A stretch of 64,000 nt of DNA from positions 45,322,001-45,386,000 of the forward strand of contig NC_043005.1 of assembly GCF_006345805.1 (NCBI RefSeq), written 5' to 3'. Shown here piece by piece: positions 24,335 to 37,556 of the stretch. The DNA comes from Octopus sinensis. Taxonomy: Eukaryota. The notes under the pieces were generated by a model, which searched no databases, was not told where the DNA came from, and saw only the letters and a program-made list of their open reading frames with translations. The position numbers and the translations under genes are program-made. The first letter of the stretch is position 1. The number at the start of each line of letters is the position of its first letter.

Positions 24335-24647
24335 ACAGCATTATAGAAAACATGTCTAGATGATCCTTTACTGATGCCACTTCCTTAAGAAAGAGCCTTT
24401 ATATCAGAGTTAAACAACCTATGGTCTGCAGGCCAGATCTGACCCACAAACAAATATTGGGATATTATACTTATCTGGTACAAATTTTCTTTATTCTAAG
24501 TGTTTACATGATTTCATTCATGTATCATGGAAGGGGTATTTTTATATTGGCCTCAAGTTCTGATATGTTATACACCAAACACTGGTATATAAAAACCTTA
24601 GGGTGTAGGACCACCTTATTAATATGAGTGCACATTTTCAGATGTGA

Positions 24648-24864
24648 CTCTTTTACTTTTTTACTTGTTTCAGTCATTTGACTGTGACCATGCTGGAGCA
24701 CTGCCTTTGGTTGAGCAAATCAACCCTAGGACTTATTCTTTGTAAGCCTAGTACTAATTCTATCAGTCTCTTTTGCTGAACCGCTAAGTTACGGGGATGT
24801 AAATCACCAGCATCGGTTGTCAAGCGATGTTAGTGGGGGACAAACACACACACACACATACATA

Positions 24865-24909
<45 letters not shown>

Positions 24910-25122
24910 CGTGTTGGCAGAAACATTAGCATGTCGGGCGAAATGCGTAGCCGTATTTAGTCTGCCATTACGTTCTGAGTTCAAATTCCGCCGAGGTCGA
25001 CTTTGCCTTTCATCCTTTCGGGGTCGATAAATTAAGTACCTGTTACACACTGGGGGTCGATGTAATCGACTTAATCTGTTTGTTTGTCCCCTCTGTGTTT
25101 AGCCCCTTGTGGGTAGTAAAAG

Positions 25123-25165
<43 letters not shown>

Positions 25166-25323
25166 TACAACAAGCTTCTTTCAGTTTCCGTCTACCAAAT
25201 CCACTCACAAGGCTTTGGTCGGCCCAAGGCTATAGTGGTAGACACTCACCCAAGGTCCCTCACAGTGGGACTAAACTCAGAACCATGTGGTTTGTAAGCA
25301 AGCTACTTACCACACAGCCACTC
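24648..25323 (-). mobile_element. SINE family B split by SINE A within its central (TA)n
   Basis: 3' half 24648-~24870 and 5' half ~25165-25323 both match 59817-60212 in reverse; TA tracts flank the nested A copy. Confidence 0.85.
24906..25126 (+). mobile_element. Young SINE family A nested in SINE B
   Basis: Highly similar to 15481-15712, with CpGs retained. Confidence 0.85.
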
Positions 25324-25719
25324 TTATACGTTCAAATTTGTTAGCAAAAACCATATTATTTTGTTTTAACAAAAAATCCACTAATTATTACCTGCTCAAA
25401 AGAGAAAATATAATTTTAGTAAGGTGTGTATTTTGTCAACTCTTTTGTGCTTAAATGCAATTCATATGCAATTGATTTCTAGGAATATTAAGGATTAATC
25501 TTCCTTTTCTTTGTCCATCACATAGTGATGCTCCTTCAGATTTAGTGATTAAAACTTCTGCTAAAGCAAGTTTATGCACTGTCATATGACTTTTTTTTCT
25601 TTCTTTTTTTTTAATATCTCTTGAAATAAGAAGCTATCAGATGAACCAGATAATTACAGATGCAATGATACATATAAAGTAATTCAAGGTTTTGAAATAA
25701 AATCAATGGAAAAATTACC

Positions 25720-27643
25720 ATGGATATGAATGCAAAAACAAAAATAGAACACAAATGTAGATTCTGCCAAAATTTTCAGGATATTTGGGTACAAAATTAC
25801 TTCTTTATGAAGCACAGTGGGAAACCTGTTTGTCTCATCTGCCTAGAAAATGGTACTATGAAGACTAGTAAATACCAGGTGACATTATAAAATCTGCCTT
25901 AGTAGAAATTTTGTCAAGTTTATTGAGCTGGTGAGGAGAGATGAAGCTGAGCAATTGGAAGCTAGTTTCAGAAAGCTAATACCACTTCTTATGGTATAAA
26001 TGAAAGAAATATTTGTGCCAAGAAAAAATTTTCAAAATGTTGTGCAGAAAAGTTGAAGTTTTTTTTCGCAGATGGAGAGTTTGTCAAAGAATGCTTGCTA
26101 GTAGTAGCAGATATAGTTTATCCTGAAGAGAAATCTTTATTTGCATATACCAGTCTGTTTGCAAGATTGATCACATGACAAGTTGAAGAAATGTCAGCAG
26201 ATGTTAAAACTTGTCTGAGGGACACTTGCAACCAACTGCAATTTTTTTTTAATTGCACTTGATGAGAGTACAAACTTGAGAGACACTGTTCAACTTGCTA
26301 AGTTTGTGCAGGCAGTGACCTTAAATTTTCAAATTTTTTAAGAGTTTATAGAATTAATTTCTATGAAGGATAAGGTTAGTGGAGCAGATATTTTGTGGGG
26401 TTTTGTTAAAAATAATGTCAGAAATGAAATTTGACTTGTCAAAGCTAACTGACATCACTCCTAATGGGTAGTAGTGGGATAGTGAAAAGGCATAATCACA
26501 TTGCTGCAAGGACAATAGAAAGCCTTGAAATTATGTATAAAATATCAAGAGACATTATGTACCAAGTCTTTGGAATTAAAGAATGTTATAGACACTGTTA
26601 TGAAATTAATAAATCTGATCCTGGATTGAATCATCATCAGTTTCAACAGCTTTTATTGGAGACAGGGGCAGAATATGGAGATCTGCTATATTTCTTCACT
26701 ATTTTCACTAAGGGTCAATACTAGAAAGAGTATTTGCATTGCATAAAGTGGTGGCAACATTCCTCAAGAGGCAGCGAGCTGGCAGAATCATTAGCATGCC
26801 AAGCAAAATGCTCAGTGGCATTTCACTCATCTTTACATTATGAGTTCAAATTCTGCTGAGGTCAACTTTGCCTCTCATCCTTTTGGGGTCAATGAAATAG
26901 TACCAGTTGAAAACTGTGGTCAATGTAATTGATTGGTCCTCTTCCCTAATTTTGCTGGCCCTATCCCAAAATTTGAAATTTATAATCCCCAAGAGCGAAA
27001 ATGCTAGTGTTTCTCGGTTTTTGTGATCCTGCTTGGCTTGCAACTTTGGCAGTTCCTGTGGACATTACATCTCATTTCAATGACTTGAATTTACAACTTT
27101 AGTGGAAATAATTAGCAGATACATGATATGTAAGTTGTGACACTTGTAATAAAACTGCAATTGAAGAAATTATAATTTCAGAAAGGCATTTTTGTGAATA
27201 TGGTCTAAGAATAAAAAAAAAAGCTTTCATCATATTTTGCTGATGCATTGCAAATGCAGCCAAGCTATTTGCTAACATCACTTGATGTGCAAGCGGACAC
27301 TGCATTAGAAAATTATCAAATGAAATTGATTAAGATGCAGAATGATGATACTGAGGTCAAAATTTCATTCTGATGATGTATCAAGGCTTGACATTTATAG
27401 AAAATCTATTCATCCAAATGGGAAATATCCAAACTAAGTTATCCATACGGAAAAAAGATTGCATCATTGTTTGGCAGCACATATCTGTGAAAGTAATTAT
27501 TTTCAAAAATGAAGCACACCAAGAAACATTTGAGACCAAAATTAACTAATGCCCATCTGGATAATGTCTTGCTATTGGCATTAACAAGTCTGACACCCAA
27601 TATAGAACTTTTAAGCAACAAACAGTATCAAGTTTCACTATGA
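25720..27643 (+). pseudogene. hAT transposase pseudogene (SPIN/GTF2IRD2-like)
   Basis: Frameshifted motifs: YFFMKHSGKPVCLIC, DGEFVKECLL, IALDESTNLRDTVQLA, HHQFQQLLLETGAEYGDLLY, DPAWLATLAVPVDITSHFNDLNLQ, FGSTYLCE and KLTNAHLDNVL. Several stops and a SINE insertion. Confidence 0.9.
26768..26985 (+). mobile_element. SINE family A inserted in the transposase pseudogene
   Basis: AGGCAGCGAGCTGGCAGAATC head and GAGTTCAAATTC B box. Confidence 0.8.
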
Positions 27644-28034
27644 TTCATTTATTGTTTACATTAAAATTGATATTTTCCTTTAGTTTATTATTCATAATTT
27701 ATCATGATTCAATGCATCATATTTATACTTTTTTTTTACTTTAAAAATTTGTTGTGTCTTTTTAAAATATTCAAAAATTGCCCTAATAAATTGTTACTAA
27801 ATTGAGTTCTTTGAATAATAATTGATACCCTTTGCTAAGCATGTGTTATTCATTGATTTGAAGTAAAATATATCTAGATGTAGTTTAAAAGAATAACTCA
27901 TATTTCAAATATTTTTATGGCATTTATCTTGCTCACAGTTGCAAAGAGGTTGTTGACCACTAATATATGTGGTCACCTAACCTGCTAGAAACACCATCCA
28001 AATCTTCCTCAAATTACACTCTCCTGTCTTCACC

Positions 28035-28245
28035 ACCTTCTAGCATTTAAACTGGCCATATGCAGCCCAAATATTTATGTTCAAACTGGCCAGATTCAGC
28101 CTCTCACACCTGCCCTACAATGTCATTGTAAAAGTAAACCATCATTCCATTGAAATCTCAATACTATGAGATAATGCATGATTGATTCTAAGCAATGTGA
28201 ATAAATAAGCATTACATTTGACAGAGTAATCTGAATGATAGAGGG
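28035..28245. mobile_element. Family E MITE
   Basis: CTAGCATTTAAACTGG left part; GATAGAGGG|TTAA right end. Confidence 0.6.
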
Positions 28246-28367
28246 TTAAAAAATGTACATAATTGTATGTTTGGCAGAGGTCCTTTTCTATAGCATCTTA
28301 AAAATATAAATAACTGTTTCCTTTTTGTAGCTGGTGGCTTTGTAGTTCCAAAAATAAAATGATTGGT

Positions 28368-28402
<35 letters not shown>

Positions 28403-28992
28403 CTCATTCCATACTCTGATCTGCTTTAACTCACTTGAAAATTTATGTGAAGAATTATTAGTGTTCATATAAGCCTGATATTTGCACAGATAAAAACTTC
28501 TTACAAGTAGTTCTAGATACCCTATGTAAAAGACAGGATGGTCACTGCTAGACTACTTTTGTTCATAAGTTTGCTCAACTGAGATTGAATTAGGACTCAA
28601 CACTCTGACACTAAATCATTTAAGGAATACAGTTGCAACACTTCACTCTGTTATCTCCACTTTTTCATTTTATATACTATCATTATATTTTCAGGCAATA
28701 TACTATAATGTATCCTTCTTTACTGTTAAACTTTATATTTCTACTTTAAGAAATTATTGTCTTATTTGTAATATAAATTGCAATTTATTGCTATCCCTAA
28801 AGCGATAAGTGATATAGTCACATTAATTTTTTATGTAAAAAAAAAAAAAAAAACTATGTAAAAAAGAAATTCTTTTTTTTTTGTTCATTTGTTCATGACT
28901 TTTAGTTGTTCTTCCCCTCTCACATTAGAGAAATTAAAAGATAATACCATAATACCTTAGAATGTTCTTTTAAGAAAAAGAGTGAAGGTAAA

Positions 28993-29420
28993 GACATTGA
29001 TATGTGGTAAGAAGCTTGTTTCTCAATCACGTTGTTCTGGGTTCAGTCCCAGTATATGACACCCTGGGCAAGTGTTATCTACTTTAGCCTCAGGCTAACC
29101 AAAGCCTTGTGAGTAGATTTGATAGATGGAAACTGAAAGAAGCTCATCCTATATATATTTATATGTATGTATGTATGATTGTATGTGTGTGTGTGTGTCT
29201 TTGTGTCTGTTTGTCCCCCCAGCATCATATGACAACCAGTATTGCAGTGTTTACGTCTCTATAACTTAACAGTTTAACAAATGAGGCTGACAGAATAAGT
29301 ACCAGGCTTAAAAAAGAAAAAAAAAAGTACTGGGCTTGGTTCAATCAACCAAAATTTCTTCAAGCCAGTGCCCCAACATGGCCACTGTCTAATGACTCAA
29401 ACAGCTAAAAGATGAAAGAT
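28993..29420 (+). mobile_element. SINE family B, diverged full length
   Basis: TGTGGTAAGAAGCTTG head, CCCTGGGCAAGTG core, microsatellite, then the tail. Confidence 0.75.
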
Positions 29421-29539
29421 AATCCTTTCTGAAATGGTTGCTTGTGGGTTAAATGAAATTAGTCACCTTTTTACTTTGCCTGAAAAACAAATACTTTATG
29501 ATGCTTTGGATGAGAATGAGAAATGAAATTGTAAAATAC

Positions 29540-29785
29540 TTTCATTTCATGAACATTAAAAAGTGGGGAAGACATTGCTGATAACCGTTCGCAAAGCAGA
29601 TTGGAAAAAGACACCGATTTAAAAACAGATGAGAGGGAGGGGTAAGGCATTCTGATAAAGAAAACAAAACTAATGGAAAAACAGCAGCTTGACAACAATG
29701 GCAGGCAGCAACTTTAAGTGCAGTCTCTACAACCGGGGTTGTTGTTCACATGTGGGTCTTTATAGTCACAGCAGATGCTACTCTG
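29540..29785 (+). mobile_element. RTE-type LINE 3' coding end
   Basis: YNRGCCSHVGLYSHSRC resembles the RTE C-terminal CNRDCHSRIGLYSH motif. Confidence 0.5.
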
Positions 29786-29800
29786 CCAAACAAGACTTAA

Positions 29801-30014
29801 GCCTTTAGCATTTGAACCAGCCCAAATATTCTACCTGTTTTATGTAGAATAAAACTGGCCAGATCTGGCTCCTCACACCAACCCCACATTGTCATTCTAA
29901 AAGTAACAGTTTGCCTCTTCAAAATCTCAAAGCTACAACATAATGCATGATTAATTCAAAAGAATGAGAATAAATATGCATTGCTTTTGACATAATAATG
30001 TGAATGATAAAGGG
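29801..30014. mobile_element. Family E MITE with TTAA on both sides
   Basis: TTAA|GCCTTTAGCATT ... GAATGATAAAGGG|TTAA. Confidence 0.75.
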
Positions 30015-31770
30015 TTAAGCAAAACTTACTAGGCACAGATCCAAGGTCTTGTAGAGACTAACAGATGCCTCCAATACATGTGTGTATGCTTTATTTTTCA
30101 GGCATCAACTAATAGATATCAAAAGTGTCAGGCAATAATATATACATAAAAAACAATTGGACTCTATGGATACATTATGCAAACGTGGAGTAAGAAAAAA
30201 AATGCCTAGATATGGAAAGAGATTGTGCCTGAAGTAAAATTAAGCTAAACGTAGAATAAGGGTGTGTTATATGAGAACTTTAAGGGAAAGAAATTTGTGC
30301 ATCTCAAATAGAATAGCATTGTGTCAGGTGAGGACAAAAGAAAGAATGTTGTATTGCAGACTCATCTAGCCAATGGCAGCATAGAGAAACTGATCTTGGT
30401 TATGATGATGATAATGGTGATGATTTTGTTTGGCCTTTTTATTATTCAGCCTATCACAATTGTTTATTTGGTCAGTAAATAAGTTGGTGTATATGAAATA
30501 GAAACTATAAACTATAGCCATTGATTCGTCATTATATTGTTTGGCAGTGGTCTTTTGCTGTAGCATCTTAAAAATACAAATGACTGTTTCTTTACTGTAG
30601 CTGATGGTCCTACAGCTTCCAAAAATAGAATGATTGGAGCAAGATTGGGTTTACTGATTTTATACTTTGATCTGCTATAACTTAGTTGAAAAAAAAAAAT
30701 GTATGGAAAGAATTATTTGGTGTCCATATAAGCCTGGCATTAACACAGATAAGACTTCTTGCATGTAATACTTTTGAAATAGAGAAATCAGTTGCCAAGA
30801 TAGCAGTTGTGATTATGAGTTGGGTGTTCTTTGATGCAAGCTCAATTTTAATAGAGTAGAAAGTTAAAAAAAAAAAAAGTGAGAGAGAAAAATACATGTA
30901 TGCACACAGACTATAAAACATTATTCTATTGTTTTGACTCTTCTACTTCCATATAATAAAAAGATTTTTTATTCTCTCTTTTTTATTTATTTATTTTTTT
31001 ACCTGATAATGCTGCTTCAGAAATTATTTCTGTGAATCTAGTCATCTTTGTAATGATCTGCAAACCAACTTATTGAAGCTTATTTCACCTAATTCATGCC
31101 TTCATGCCCTGCATAACATTACTGTTTTCATATCATCTCAGTAACCATAAGCTTGTCTCTCTCCTTCTCTCTCTTCTCCCCTTCTCTCTCTCTCTCTCTC
31201 ACACACACACATAGGTTATTTTTTGAGCAGTAATGTAGAAAATACCTTACTGACCTACAACTTAGTTTGATTTTTTTTACACTAGTAATAATTTTGGATA
31301 TGATTTTTTATTAAATAAATCTCAGTGAATTATATGACTGCAATTAATGTTTTCCAAATAATAAATTCCAGTTTAGATATATTTTTATGAATCGCTTATT
31401 ACCATTTCAAAGAAATGTGCGTAAAAGAAACTTTGGTAAAAGCCTTATGACAATATAAGGGATTTCATTGTAATTTATTGATCTGCATCCAACATTTAGA
31501 ACCTTGATAGCCAATAGGATGTTGCAACTTATATTCTATTCTTGGCAGGATATATCTACTTTCCATTTTCCTTCTAACAAGAAGGAAGGACTGATCTTTT
31601 CATGAATAAATATATTTTTCTTTGCCTATTGAGATTTTTTGGTAGAATTTCAAGTAACACTATTATTCTGTAGAGTATCATATAAAAATAGTCCATCTTT
31701 AATGTAGAACAATGTTATGTCTAAACTGCATCGGTGTGTGGTTGTTTAGATTCTGTTTTGGTGCTGCAAT

Positions 31771-32566
31771 CATCATCATCATCATCGTTTAACGTCCGTT
31801 TTCCATGCTAGCATGGGTTGGACGGTTCAACTGGGATCTGGGAAGCCAGAAGGCTGCGCCAGGCCCAGTCTGATCTGGCAGTGTTTCTACGGCTGGATGC
31901 CCTTCCTAACGCCAACCACTCCGTGAGTGTAGTGGGTGCTTTTTACGTGCCACCTGCACAGGTGCCAGATGAGGCTGGCAAACAGCCACGATCGGGTGGT
32001 GCTTTTCATGTGCCACCGGCACAGGGGCCAGACGAGGCTGGCAACGGCCAGACGAATCAAAATATTGCAGATTATTTTAAATTGCAAACTGTGATGCTGG
32101 TGCATTCTGTTAGTGATCTTGTTGGTGATGGCACCACTTAAAAAGCATGAGTGCTGGTACCATGTAAAACACACTGGCAATGGTGTCACATTAAAAGCAC
32201 TGATGCTCATGCCATGTAAAATGTACTGGTGAGGGTGCCATGTTAAGATCACTGGTGATGGCACCATGTAAAGAGTTCTAGTGATGCTACCACATAAAGA
32301 GCACTAGTGATGGTGCCATGTGAAAAGTACTAGTGATGGTACCACATAAAGAGTACTGGTGATGATGCCATGTAAAAAGCTCTAGTGCTGGTGCCATATT
32401 AAAAATACATCCAGTACACTCTAAAGTGGTTGGCATTAGGAATGGCATCCAGCTGTAGAGACCCTGCCAAAATAGACTTGAACCTGGTGTGGGTCCTGGC
32501 CTTGCCAGCTCCTGTCAAACCATCTAACCCGGGCCAGCATTGAAAACGGACATTAAATGATGATGC
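31771..32566. mobile_element. Two family D RTE tails in opposite orientation
   Basis: Young minus copy 31771-~32052 (near-identical to 16311-16621); older plus copy ~32105-32566 with ~25-bp tandem units. Confidence 0.75.
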
Positions 32567-32732
32567 TTGATAAGGTGATTGTCAGTTTAATTGTTGCTCA
32601 CTACTTTGAGTTTTAAATGTTTTCACTCAAAGCATCAAAAGTTACACTCAGTGCCCTTAATGACTAATCACATCTGGTATTTAAAAAAGAAAAACCTTGT
32701 GCTACCATGGTGCAAGTTTATTTATTTATATA

Positions 32733-32738
<6 letters not shown>

Positions 32739-32768
<30 letters not shown>

Positions 32769-32994
32769 TGTATGTATGTATGTATGTATGTATGTATGTA
32801 TGTATGTATGTATGTATGTATGTATGTATGTATGTATGTATGTATGTATGTATGTATGTATGTATGTATGTATGTATGTATGTATGTATGTATGTATGTA
32901 TGTATGTATGTATGTATGTATGTATGTATGTATGTATGTATGTATGTATGTATGTATGTATGTATGTATGTATGTATGTATGTATGTATGTATG

Positions 32995-33026
<32 letters not shown>

Positions 33027-33141
33027 TGTATGTATGTATGGTATGTATGTATGTATGTATGTATGTATGTATGTATGTATGTATGTATGTATGTATGTAT
33101 GTATGTATGTATGTATGTATGTATGTATGTATGTATGTATG

Positions 33142-33173
<32 letters not shown>

Positions 33174-33194
33174 TGTATGTATGTATGTATGTAT
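32739..33194 (+). repeat. (TATG)n microsatellite, ~455 bp
   Basis: Nearly perfect, with three small interruptions (~32997, ~33040, ~33145). Confidence 0.98.
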
Positions 33195-33490
33195 TGGGTG
33201 AGTATACATTTCAAAAATCCAATCATCACCATCAGGTCACAGTCAGTACTTTTGTTGTTGTTTGAAGTTACTCCTCTACTAGAAGTGTCAAGAAGCAACA
33301 TCTTATTCAGATGTTTTATATACCATGGCATCTATGGCTGGATGCCCTTCATAACATCAGCCACTTCATAATGTACTGAGTGGATTATATCATCATGCCA
33401 GTACTGGGAGGTTGTTGTGTTCTTAATAAAGCAGGACTAAAGTGTCATAATTTAAGACCTATCATAATTTTATCTTCTTTTAAGTTCAAA

Positions 33491-33926
33491 GAGCACCATC
33501 CGAGTGTGATCGTTGCCAGGGCCGCTGACTGGCTCCCGTACCGGTGGCACATAAAAAGCACAATTCGAACATGATCATTACCAGCGTTGCCTTACTGGGA
33601 CTTGTGCCAGTGGCACGTGAAAAACAACATTTGAGTGAGGTCGTTGCCAGTGCCGCTGGACTGGTTCCTGTGCTGGTGGAACGTAAAAATTACCATTTGA
33701 GAGTGGCTGTTGCCAGTACCTCCTGACTGGCCCTTGTGCCGGTAGCACATAAAAGTACCCAGTACATTCTCAGAGTGGTTGGCATTAGGAAGGGCATCCA
33801 GCTGTAGAAACTCTGCTAGATCAGATTGGAGCCAGGTGCAGCCATCTGGCTCGCCAGTACTCAGTCAAACCGTCTAACCCATGCCAGCATGGAAAGTGGA
33901 CGTTAAATGATGATAATGATGATGAT
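33491..33926 (+). mobile_element. Family D RTE tail with four ~66-bp units
   Basis: Units end in GGCACRTAAAA, then GTTGGCATTAGGAAGGGCATCCAGC and (GAT)n. Confidence 0.75.
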
Positions 33927-33934
33927 TTATATTT

Positions 33935-34064
33935 TCATTGTTTTGAATTAATCATGCATTATCTCATAGCTTTTTCATAGGTATGAGAAACCAGATCTGG
34001 CCGATTTGAATATAAAACAAGTTGAATACTCAGGCCTGATACGGCTGATATAAATGCTAAAGGG
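33935..34064. mobile_element. Family E MITE, right part
   Basis: Ends AATGCTAAAGGG|TTAA. Confidence 0.6.
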
Positions 34065-35309
34065 TTAAAAATGAAATTATTATTTTACTAAAGCATTCCA
34101 AATTCTTGATTATTTTTTTCAAAATTTAGTGAATCACATAGCATGTGTAGATTGCTAGAAATAGGGTCACAAAAGTGTTAAACAGTAAAATAATAAGTTT
34201 CATTAATTTCTTAATGTAAAATTCATAATAATAGCTACTGCAATGTTTGTTTGTTTTTTGAGGATTTTTTTACCTTCTTTTTAAATCTCGCCTCAAGTCC
34301 CATATCATATTAATAGTAGTAGTGAAGTCTATTTCTCTCATCCTATTAAGCTACCAGCATTAAAGTATATCACCAAGCAAAATCCATTTGCTATTAAAAT
34401 ACTGTTGCTTCATGTCAGATTCTATATATTGGCCAGTCATGAGTTTTGTTGTTGTTTTTGTTTGTTTTATTTGTTTTGTTTTGTTGTTGTTGTTTTTTTT
34501 TTTATCTTTCTTCAATATTCAGTGCTTGGATAATCTCAGTTGATTGAAGTTTGTTTTTTTGTTTTGTTTTTTTTTCTTCATCTCACTCAGTTACATATGT
34601 GAGGCCATATTGCATTTCTGCTTAGTATGCAGAACACCTACCTGAAGCTTTTTTCTGTTTTTTTTTTCATGGTTATGTTGTCGATGATGTTGATAATCAG
34701 CATTACTGCATTCTCCCGATTTCTATATGCTCATAATCTTGTCCACTAAGTAGAATATAGTTCCCTGAGAAGGTCCAATAAGACTAAAGCGTGTTTGTTG
34801 CTTTCACCAGTTGGCTTTAAAGACCAGAGCCACTCCAAACTGCATTGTCTGTTTTGTCCAAAAGTGTTTATCAAATGATTGTAGTTGTCTCCCTTGCCTC
34901 TTGTTCTTTTTTTTTTGCTTTTTTTTGTTTTTTCTTTGGTAGATATTAAACGCAGAACTGTACTTTATATTTACTAATTACTTGTATTATCTCCCTATAT
35001 CACAAATGCGATTATCTACCATATTCATATCCAGTGATGTTGGCATGGAAAGAAAGATTTAGACTTACAAAATATTATATTACAAATAACTATCCCTTGA
35101 TATTTCTTTATCATTATCATTATTTTGTTATAAATTCTGTAATACCTGGAGAACTAGAACTGCTCTAATAAATACCATTTGTTTAGAGATGTTTTTATAC
35201 TAACTTGCTTTTTTTTTTAACTTTTATAGTTTGTTTTGAAGCAAGTGTAAATATCCTGACTGATACGATGTATGATTTATCAATATATGAATGTAGTAAA
35301 ATTCCAGCA

Positions 35310-35377
<68 letters not shown>

Positions 35378-35454
35378 TTACTTACTTACTTACTTACTTG
35401 TAAATACGAAGAGTACCTGACTCTGTATAAATGATCGATGCAAGCATTGGGTTT

Positions 35455-35543
35455 TATCTTTTACTTGTTTCAGTTTTTCAGCTGCAGCAATTCCAGGGCA
35501 CCACCCTAAAGAATTTTTAGTTTAATGAATCAACTCCATAATA
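35455..35543 (-). mobile_element. SINE B 3' end, left flank of PLE-2
   Basis: TTTTACTTGTTTCAG..GGCACCACC matches the reverse of the B tail. Confidence 0.55.
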
Positions 35544-37556
35544 CAGTTCTATATTTAAGAGATGAGGAATTATGTACATTACTTACATTTGGCGGATATT
35601 AGTCCTCATCTTGTTTGTTGTTAACACAACGTTTCGGCTGATATACCCTCCAGCGTTGGGGAAAATTTAAACCTGGGTTCTCATTCCAAAGGTATTTTTT
35701 GATATTATTATTTTTATTATTATTATTATTCATGTCACTGCTTGGAATCAAACTCAGACTCTTGGGTTTAGTAGCCTGCACTCTTAACCACTATGCCATA
35801 TGCCTGTGAGCAATTATGGAGTGAATTTTAGGGCTTATAAATCTGATATTTTCCAATCCTTCCTTAATACTGGTTCCCATATGCTACTCATATCTGCACT
35901 CGGTCTGCATAGAAGGTTGTTATGTCCTAGCATATGTGCTACTTCTTTTAGTTCTCGTATTTTCCACTGGTGTTCTCTGTCTATTATTTTAACTTCATCC
36001 CACAGGGGAAGGCGCTCTCCATTTTTCTATACATGATCGGCTATACCCAATTTATCAATATCTCCTTGTGTCACAGCTTTGCGATGTTCATCTACCCTTA
36101 TTTTGAGGAAGCAGCATGTTTTGCTTTTGTATAACCTACCACAGCTGCATGGGATGGAGTACATGCAATTGGTGGTTTTACTCGAAGGAAATATTTGCGA
36201 AGTGTTGTATTATTCTTGAATACTGTCCTGTTGTCATATGGGCCACATATCTTTTGTATCTTTTCAGAGAAGACTTTCACATTGGGTAGACAGACTGTGG
36301 ACCATTTATTGGTTTTGTCCTCTCTTTTCTTCATAATTGGAGTGGATAGTAAGTTTTTTGGGTAGTTGTTGCTTAATAGATTGTTACTGAGTTTGATCAT
36401 TTCTTCATGGTGTGTATTACGATCACTACATATATTCTTTGCACGATGTTTTAGGCACTGAGTAATCCCTCTCTTTACACTGTATGGATGGTGGGAATTG
36501 ATGTTTAGGTGTTGTCCAGTGAAGGTCAGCTTGCGGTATACGGATGTCCTGAAGCCATACTTGGTGCATGTTGTTAATACATCCAATTCACAATGAAAAA
36601 GGAAAAAGACAATCAGCTAGCATTCCTGGACGTATTAATAACATGCACCAAGTATGGAGTCAGGACATCCATATACTGCAAGCCAACCTTCACTGGATGA
36701 TGCCTCAACTTCATCTCCCACCATCCATACAGTGTGAAGAGAGGGATTGCTCAGTGCCTAAAATATCATGTTACGAATATAAGTAGTGATCATGATACAC
36801 ACCACAAAGAAATGATCAAGCTCAATAACAATCTATTAAGCAACAACTACCCCCAAAACATACTATCCACTCCAATTATGAAGAAAAGAGAGGATGAAAC
36901 CAATAAACTGTCCACAGTCTGTCTAAACCTGTGTGAAAGGCCTCTCCGAAAAGATACAAAAGATATGTGGCCCATATGACATCAGGACAGTATTCAAGAG
37001 TAATACATCACTTTGCAAATATCTCCTTTGAGTAAAACCACCAATAGAAGAGAATATGACCAAAGACTGCATGTACTCCATCCTATGCAGCTGTGGTAGG
37101 TTATACAAAGGCGAAACATGCTGCCCCCTCAAAATAAGAGTAGAAGAACATCGCAAAGCTGTGACACTAGGAGATATTGATAAATCGGGTATAGCTGATC
37201 ATGTATGGAAAAGCGGAGAGCACCTTCCCCTGTGGGATGAAGTTAAAATAATAGACAGAGAACACCACTGAAGAATACGAGCAGATATGCTAGGATACAA
37301 CAACCTTTTAAGCAGACCGAGTGCTGGTATGAATAGCACATGGGAACCAGTATTAAGTAAGGATAGGAAAATATTAGATTTATAAGCCCTAAAATTTTCT
37401 CCATAATTGCTCATGGGTATATGGCGTAGTGGTTAAGAGTGCGAACTACTAACCCCAAGAGTCCGAGTTCAATTCCAAGCAGTGACCTGAATAATAATAA
37501 TGAGGATGAGGACGACGACAGCAACAAAAAATACCTTAGAAATGAGAACCCAGGTT
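35544..37556. mobile_element. Penelope-like element (PLE-2), ~2-kb fold-back palindrome
   Basis: Minus arm 35544-36585, plus arm 36586-37556. Encodes the RT C-terminus (FTM..KDNQLAFLDVLITCTKYG) and GIY-YIG (YSILCSCGRLYKGETCCPLKIRVEEHRKAVTLGDIDKSGIADHVWK). Arms 35670-36585 and 36627-37556 are inverted around a 41-nt spacer. Confidence 0.9.

Larger units (their letters stand above)
24405..27962 (+). mobile_element. hAT DNA transposon (Buster/SPIN-like), decayed, with both termini
   Basis: Left TIR CAGAGTTAAACAACCT (24405-24420), right TIR reverse TAGTGGTCAACAACCT (27947-27962), 12/16 identical. Flanks CTTTATAT and ATATATGT both fit NNNTANNN. A transposase pseudogene lies between. Confidence 0.75.

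Noticed and set aside
31771-32566. Single fold-back element like the PLEs
   Set aside because: The arms differ in subtype, array unit and divergence; two independent insertions are more likely.
32591-33371. Long ORFs with MYVC/YIHT repeats
   Set aside because: Translations of (TATG)n, which lacks stops in several frames.
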